Assembly: GCA_038851565.1 (NCBI GenBank)
Contig: JAWCKV010000020.1
Location: forward strand, 1-17,088
Length of the DNA: 17,088 nt
Reading direction: 5' to 3'
From: Candidatus Hadarchaeales archaeon
Lineage (GTDB): Archaea > Hadarchaeota > Hadarchaeia > Hadarchaeales > Hadarchaeaceae
Both the position numbers and the translations under genes were made by a program. The notes under the pieces were generated by a model, which was not told the DNA's origin, did no database searches, and was given only the letters and a program-made list of their open reading frames with translations. Positions 14,401 through 17,088 of this stretch are shown here, piece by piece (within the stretch, counting starts at the first letter, position 1; every line of letters starts with the position of its first letter).

Positions 14401-17088
14401 ATTGTCGGCCCTGATGACACCGTTTATGCGGCTTCGAGCGATGGTTTTCTTTACGCATTCGACAGGTACGGAAGCATTAAGTGGAAAGTTCCGTTCAGCG
14501 GGAGCATCGATTATCGTTGCTCTCCGATGATTGGCCCAGATGGCACGGTATATTTCGGGTACGATAACAGGTTCTGCGCTTTTGATCCAAAAACTGGGGC
14601 GCTGAAGTGGAGCTTCCTGATCAGTGGCATTCCCTCCGAGAAGATTGCTGCTTCCCCCAACATAGGTGCGGATGGGACGATATATTTCCCCTCAGGATGG
14701 CGGATTTTCGCGCTGAGGCCGAACGGTACCCTGAAATGGGACACGGGCTCCCTCCCCATCTATGACGCCTGCACTCCCGCAATAGGTCCCGATGGCACCG
14801 TCTACGTCACTGCACACGATAAACTCTTCGCTCTTTATCCGGAAAACGGGGGGGTGAAATGGAGCTTCGAGGCCTATCCCTCCTGGTTCATCGATCAGCC
14901 CCCGGTGATCGGCCCGGATGGCACGATATACTTCACTCAAATGCACGGCCCACCGATCGTGTGGACCCTTTACGCGGTGAGGCCAAGCGGGACATTGAAA
15001 TGGTCATCCACCTTTGAGAACGTTATGTTCTCTCAATCGGCGGTGGCCGTCGACTCCGATGGCACCATATACGTCCCGGCGAACAGCCTCAGGGAGGTCT
15101 CACCAGGAAACTATTGGCAGGAGAACGCTATCCTTTTGGCCATAAACCCCTCAAACGGGTCCAAAAAGTGGACGTTCTCTTATCCCCACCCAAACACGCG
15201 CACCCTTTCAACAGCTTCCTCCCCAGCCATAGGCTCAGATAACACCATCTACTTCGGGCTCCGCGAATTCCTCTTCGCTGTGCGCAAAAACGGGACGCTG
15301 AAATGGGTGTTCGCGACGGGAGGCGTTGTGAATTCCCCGGCGATAGGCAGGAACAAGGGAATTTACTTCATCTCAAAGGACGGCTATCTCTATGCGATAG
15401 AGCCGGACCTAACTCCGCCATACTCCACGGTAACATACCCCGCGGATGGAGAATACCTGAACAGCATAGGTTATATCAGGGGCAGCGCGACCGATTACTT
15501 TTCCGGCGTGAAAAGGGTTGATGTGCGGATCACGCGCAACTCTGACGGGGCATATCTGACGGCAAATGGATGGTCCACGATCGGCGGCGAAAACGCTTGG
15601 CTTCAGGCCACTTTTTCCACGACCGATAACTCGTGGCAGTTAAACCTCAGCCAGGCTCAGCTGGCATCCGGAGAAAGCTACACTGTCTGGGCAAGGGGCA
15701 CTGACAACGTTGGGAACGTTGAAAACTCAAACCGGAGCATTTCGTTCACCTTCGACAACACCCCGCCCACATGCTCCATCAGCATAAACGATGGGGCCGA
15801 GTCAACAAGGGTCACTCAGGTCGTGCTCTACCTCAGTCACTTTGACCAAGCCTCACCGGTTGTGGGCGCCAGGTACAGCAACGACGGAGTGAACTGGAGC
15901 GGGTGGGAGGCCCCCTCGAGGACCAGATCCTGGGTGATAGACCAAAGCACGGGAAAAGTTTACTTCCAGGTGGTCGACATGGCAGGCAACATAAGTGAGG
16001 CCTCCTCGGACACCATAACCTACGTGGCGGAGGAGCCTCCCGCACCGGAGCCAGAGAATTTCCGCTATGTGCTCGACACGAGCCCTGAGCTAAGGTGGTC
16101 CTTCGAGAACCCGCTGCGCGAGGACGTGTTCATGGTGGAGGTGGAGTGCCTGGACACGCCTGCCAAGGTTACCCTTTTGACAAGGTCCAGGTCGATAAGA
16201 TGCGCCCTCCCAGGGCTGTCGGACCTGCTTGAGAACAGGCTTTCTGACAACAGCACAAGAACGCTGGCGAGGTTCAAGTGGAGGGTCTCTCTGGTCGCAC
16301 CTTTCGTGGGGGTGATCAAATCCAGCAGCTGGAATCGCTTCTCCCTATCGCGGGAAAACATGGAGAATCTGTGGTCCAGCCTGGAGAGCTTGAGGTCCAC
16401 GAGACTCTTCGTTGGGGCCACGGAGAACAACATGCTGCAGGTGGGAACGCTGTTCAGGAACGGAGGAGAGCCCATAAAGGGAGGGCTGGGAGGCGTTGTT
16501 GCCATTCCGGCCAGGCTGCAGGCATTTATTGAGGAAACCAATGAGGTCATGCCGATCACCTCCAAGGTGATGGTGAAGGTGGGGTCGGTCGCTCCCGGGG
16601 AGACCATATATGCCTCCACGAGATGGGCGGCACCGCAGGGGGGTAGTTACCAGATAAGGTGTGAAACCGCCAGCGCCGGAGTTTCGGGCACTTCACGGCC
16701 AACGGAAACTTTGAAAACCGTGAAAACGCTGCCGGATCTGGCGGTCTCGGAGGGCGACATTTCGTACAATGAGAGTCTCAACCTTGTTGTGGTTAGGGTG
16801 CGCAACACCGGCAATGCGAGTGCAGGCGGCTTCAACGTTGCGGTGGGCATAGGCGAAAGCACGACAATATGCTGGGTTGAGGGGCTGGTCGCGGGTAACG
16901 CAACAACTGTTACCGTCCCGGCCACCCTTCCGCGCGGGACAACCCTGGTAACCGTAAGCGTGGACCCTGAAGGTGAAATCGGGGAAATCGATGAGACAAA
17001 CAACGAGACCCAGGCGAGGGTCGAGGCGACGCGCGGGATGCCACCGGAGGCGCTCTTCACATACTCGCCGAACTCCACGAACACGGAA
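11440..17088 (+). CDS. Giant (>1883 aa, 3'-truncated) secreted/surface multidomain protein: signal peptide, beta-rich N-domain, 5x PPC-like, 8-blade PQQ/BamB-type propeller, 2x Ig-like, unassigned domain, CARDB, start of PKD-like domain
   Basis: Plus frame open from GTG 11440 (or ATG 11458) to the window end, absent from the ORF track. Starts MRPVLSMAIVAMVLAACVPLTGA; domain motifs read directly; numerous N-x-S/T sequons. Confidence 0.92.
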   Translation, partial: MRPVLSMAIVAMVLAACVPLTGAREFSNPSTSPEPAATAGIGGIASAPPAGRVPIILQQTALPIKNIEFSLDLDNIVKTIKKSPKSDSKGAQYDFGLDFKYHEYDNGWFDIAIGLSGSAGTPESEDNEGGKEGGEGGGPRKTGGSGGLSGEVSAGVEGQVTLFLVFDDSGKLVSYSVSGSIQVKIEIEVFTYKYFIAFSVGPVPVWIEINVSGKVGLSMSASGTILGEPRERANLSVKLYLGVELEALLYSAVGGSGGIEPFVEAKYFVDEGIWVIFGGVTLSLDAKFKIDGWMTYTLWSNEWEFSTPIMAFQRDAKMSGDAGDEMGQARDVTWTDTYIGYLGRDSFTKFDDTDWYKVALNRGGTLKASLMVGSEHSDEAGFDLTLYDGDGNPIAVRKTGENVVPIEYMATSSGYVYLEVKLNSGTWSWGTYVLQLSVEEHQDDIGSGGDAANRIEESLDMTPVLLPYPIPENGILSNDEFFGTDNCYLGGRDNADFYKIPQLSTGHSIKVRVKPPSGANFDVYVYDQSKRVVAAATVPDDSEETLSVRANTTGAYYVEVRRVSNVGDYSLEIEKKQRDVQDGDAPNVRDQSRAINAGQYTNCYLDDLDRDDFYVFSANAGQIIEVKLTAPQDARFWADLIDSNGSIIESTRNTMMVCATYSGNHYLRVWRESGRGMYNFEINIYSHDDGGTGRDAGSSTSTAAGPSPNTYTYTGGTTLGKEFTGWIGKGDESDIYKISLEGNKTLSVRLNAQDVNVGMRITNFTGTIISDDNIGLNRYFCGKAENYSGSRYVYIELSRVEGGGYYSVAFSIAAENDAGSGRDAGWFQGEEVTLATGENYRGYLDFCDTDDLYRVWLGMNDQLTVRMTPNNSGSNFDLYFYDSTAVYRKENAVPCMSSTNSGTNQDNITYLAYHAGWYYIRIKRAAGLGTYDLRLSAFSVPWPKEMHDVRNTGLGAYPGPENTTVGWKFKITQGANPNLSDPQDPPPIVGPDDTVYAASSDGFLYAFDRYGSIKWKVPFSGSIDYRCSPMIGPDGTVYFGYDNRFCAFDPKTGALKWSFLISGIPSEKIAASPNIGADGTIYFPSGWRIFALRPNGTLKWDTGSLPIYDACTPAIGPDGTVYVTAHDKLFALYPENGGVKWSFEAYPSWFIDQPPVIGPDGTIYFTQMHGPPIVWTLYAVRPSGTLKWSSTFENVMFSQSAVAVDSDGTIYVPANSLREVSPGNYWQENAILLAINPSNGSKKWTFSYPHPNTRTLSTASSPAIGSDNTIYFGLREFLFAVRKNGTLKWVFATGGVVNSPAIGRNKGIYFISKDGYLYAIEPDLTPPYSTVTYPADGEYLNSIGYIRGSATDYFSGVKRVDVRITRNSDGAYLTANGWSTIGGENAWLQATFSTTDNSWQLNLSQAQLASGESYTVWARGTDNVGNVENSNRSISFTFDNTPPTCSISINDGAESTRVTQVVLYLSHFDQASPVVGARYSNDGVNWSGWEAPSRTRSWVIDQSTGKVYFQVVDMAGNISEASSDTITYVAEEPPAPEPENFRYVLDTSPELRWSFENPLREDVFMVEVECLDTPAKVTLLTRSRSIRCALPGLSDLLENRLSDNSTRTLARFKWRVSLVAPFVGVIKSSSWNRFSLSRENMENLWSSLESLRSTRLFVGATENNMLQVGTLFRNGGEPIKGGLGGVVAIPARLQAFIEETNEVMPITSKVMVKVGSVAPGETIYASTRWAAPQGGSYQIRCETASAGVSGTSRPTETLKTVKTLPDLAVSEGDISYNESLNLVVVRVRNTGNASAGGFNVAVGIGESTTICWVEGLVAGNATTVTVPATLPRGTTLVTVSVDPEGEIGEIDETNNETQARVEATRGMPPEALFTYSPNSTNTE
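12376..14255 (+). repeat. Five tandem PPC-like (pre-peptidase C-terminal type) protein repeats with acidic D-x-G-x-G-x-D-A linkers
   Basis: Units start QRDAKMSGDAG (~12376), HQDDIGSGGDAA (~12760), QRDVQDGDAP (~13168), HDDGGTGRDAG (~13498) and ENDAGSGRDAG (~13882). Each has a (G/C)-[YW]-[LI]...D..D.Y motif and a Y(Y/V).V....G.G.Y.L-type ending; most also have FD(L/V).(L/V/F)YD. Diverged at the DNA level. Confidence 0.8.
14260..15405 (+). repeat. Eight-blade PQQ-like/BamB-type beta-propeller repeats
   Basis: Opens with WPKEMHDVRNTG, then eight blades of P.IG.DGT(I/V)Y ... L(Y/F)A ... G.(L/V)KW (GPDD, GPDG, GADG, GPDG, GPDG, DSDG, GSDN, GRNK). Confidence 0.88.

Noticed and set aside
14400..15400. 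Recurring DNA motifs such as GGCCC.GATGGCAC and CTGAAATGG, considered as CRISPR or DGR template/variable repeats
   Set aside because: They are short, degenerate, codon-aligned echoes of propeller blades (GPDGT, LKW). There are no constant repeat-spacer units, no adenine-specific mismatch pair and no reverse transcriptase.
14260..15405. Calling the propeller a PQQ-dependent dehydrogenase
   Set aside because: The compact blades lack the insertions and active-site features of quinoprotein dehydrogenases; a BamB-like structural propeller is more likely.
11397..17084. Numerous minus-strand and off-frame ORFs in the right third of the window
   Set aside because: All are shadows of the single uninterrupted plus-strand giant CDS.

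Overview
This is a gene-dense, GC-rich archaeal chromosomal window. Archaeal origin is supported by TATA-box promoters, GGTGA/GGAGG RBSs, an archaeal-type tRNA-Gly and archaeal-type MoeA/MoaA/TruA; the lineage cannot be fixed from sequence alone. The two largest genes are missing from the ORF track because they run off the window edges: a eukaryote-like type IB DNA topoisomerase (minus strand, 1336 to <1) and a >1880-aa multidomain surface protein (plus strand, 11440 to >17088). The minus-strand left half carries six pilin-like/class III signal-peptide genes, then moeA-moaA-truA-topIB. The right half carries a membrane-anchored protein with what looks like a circularly permuted LssY_C-like insert, its 4-TM partner, tRNA-Gly(TCC) with an atypical C33, a 33-aa membrane microprotein, a small Cys/His protein, an LsrF-family thiolase/aldolase without lsr neighbours, and the giant surface protein. 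No mobile element, CRISPR array or DNA-level repeat array was seen. All family assignments come from motif recognition by eye, with no database search.
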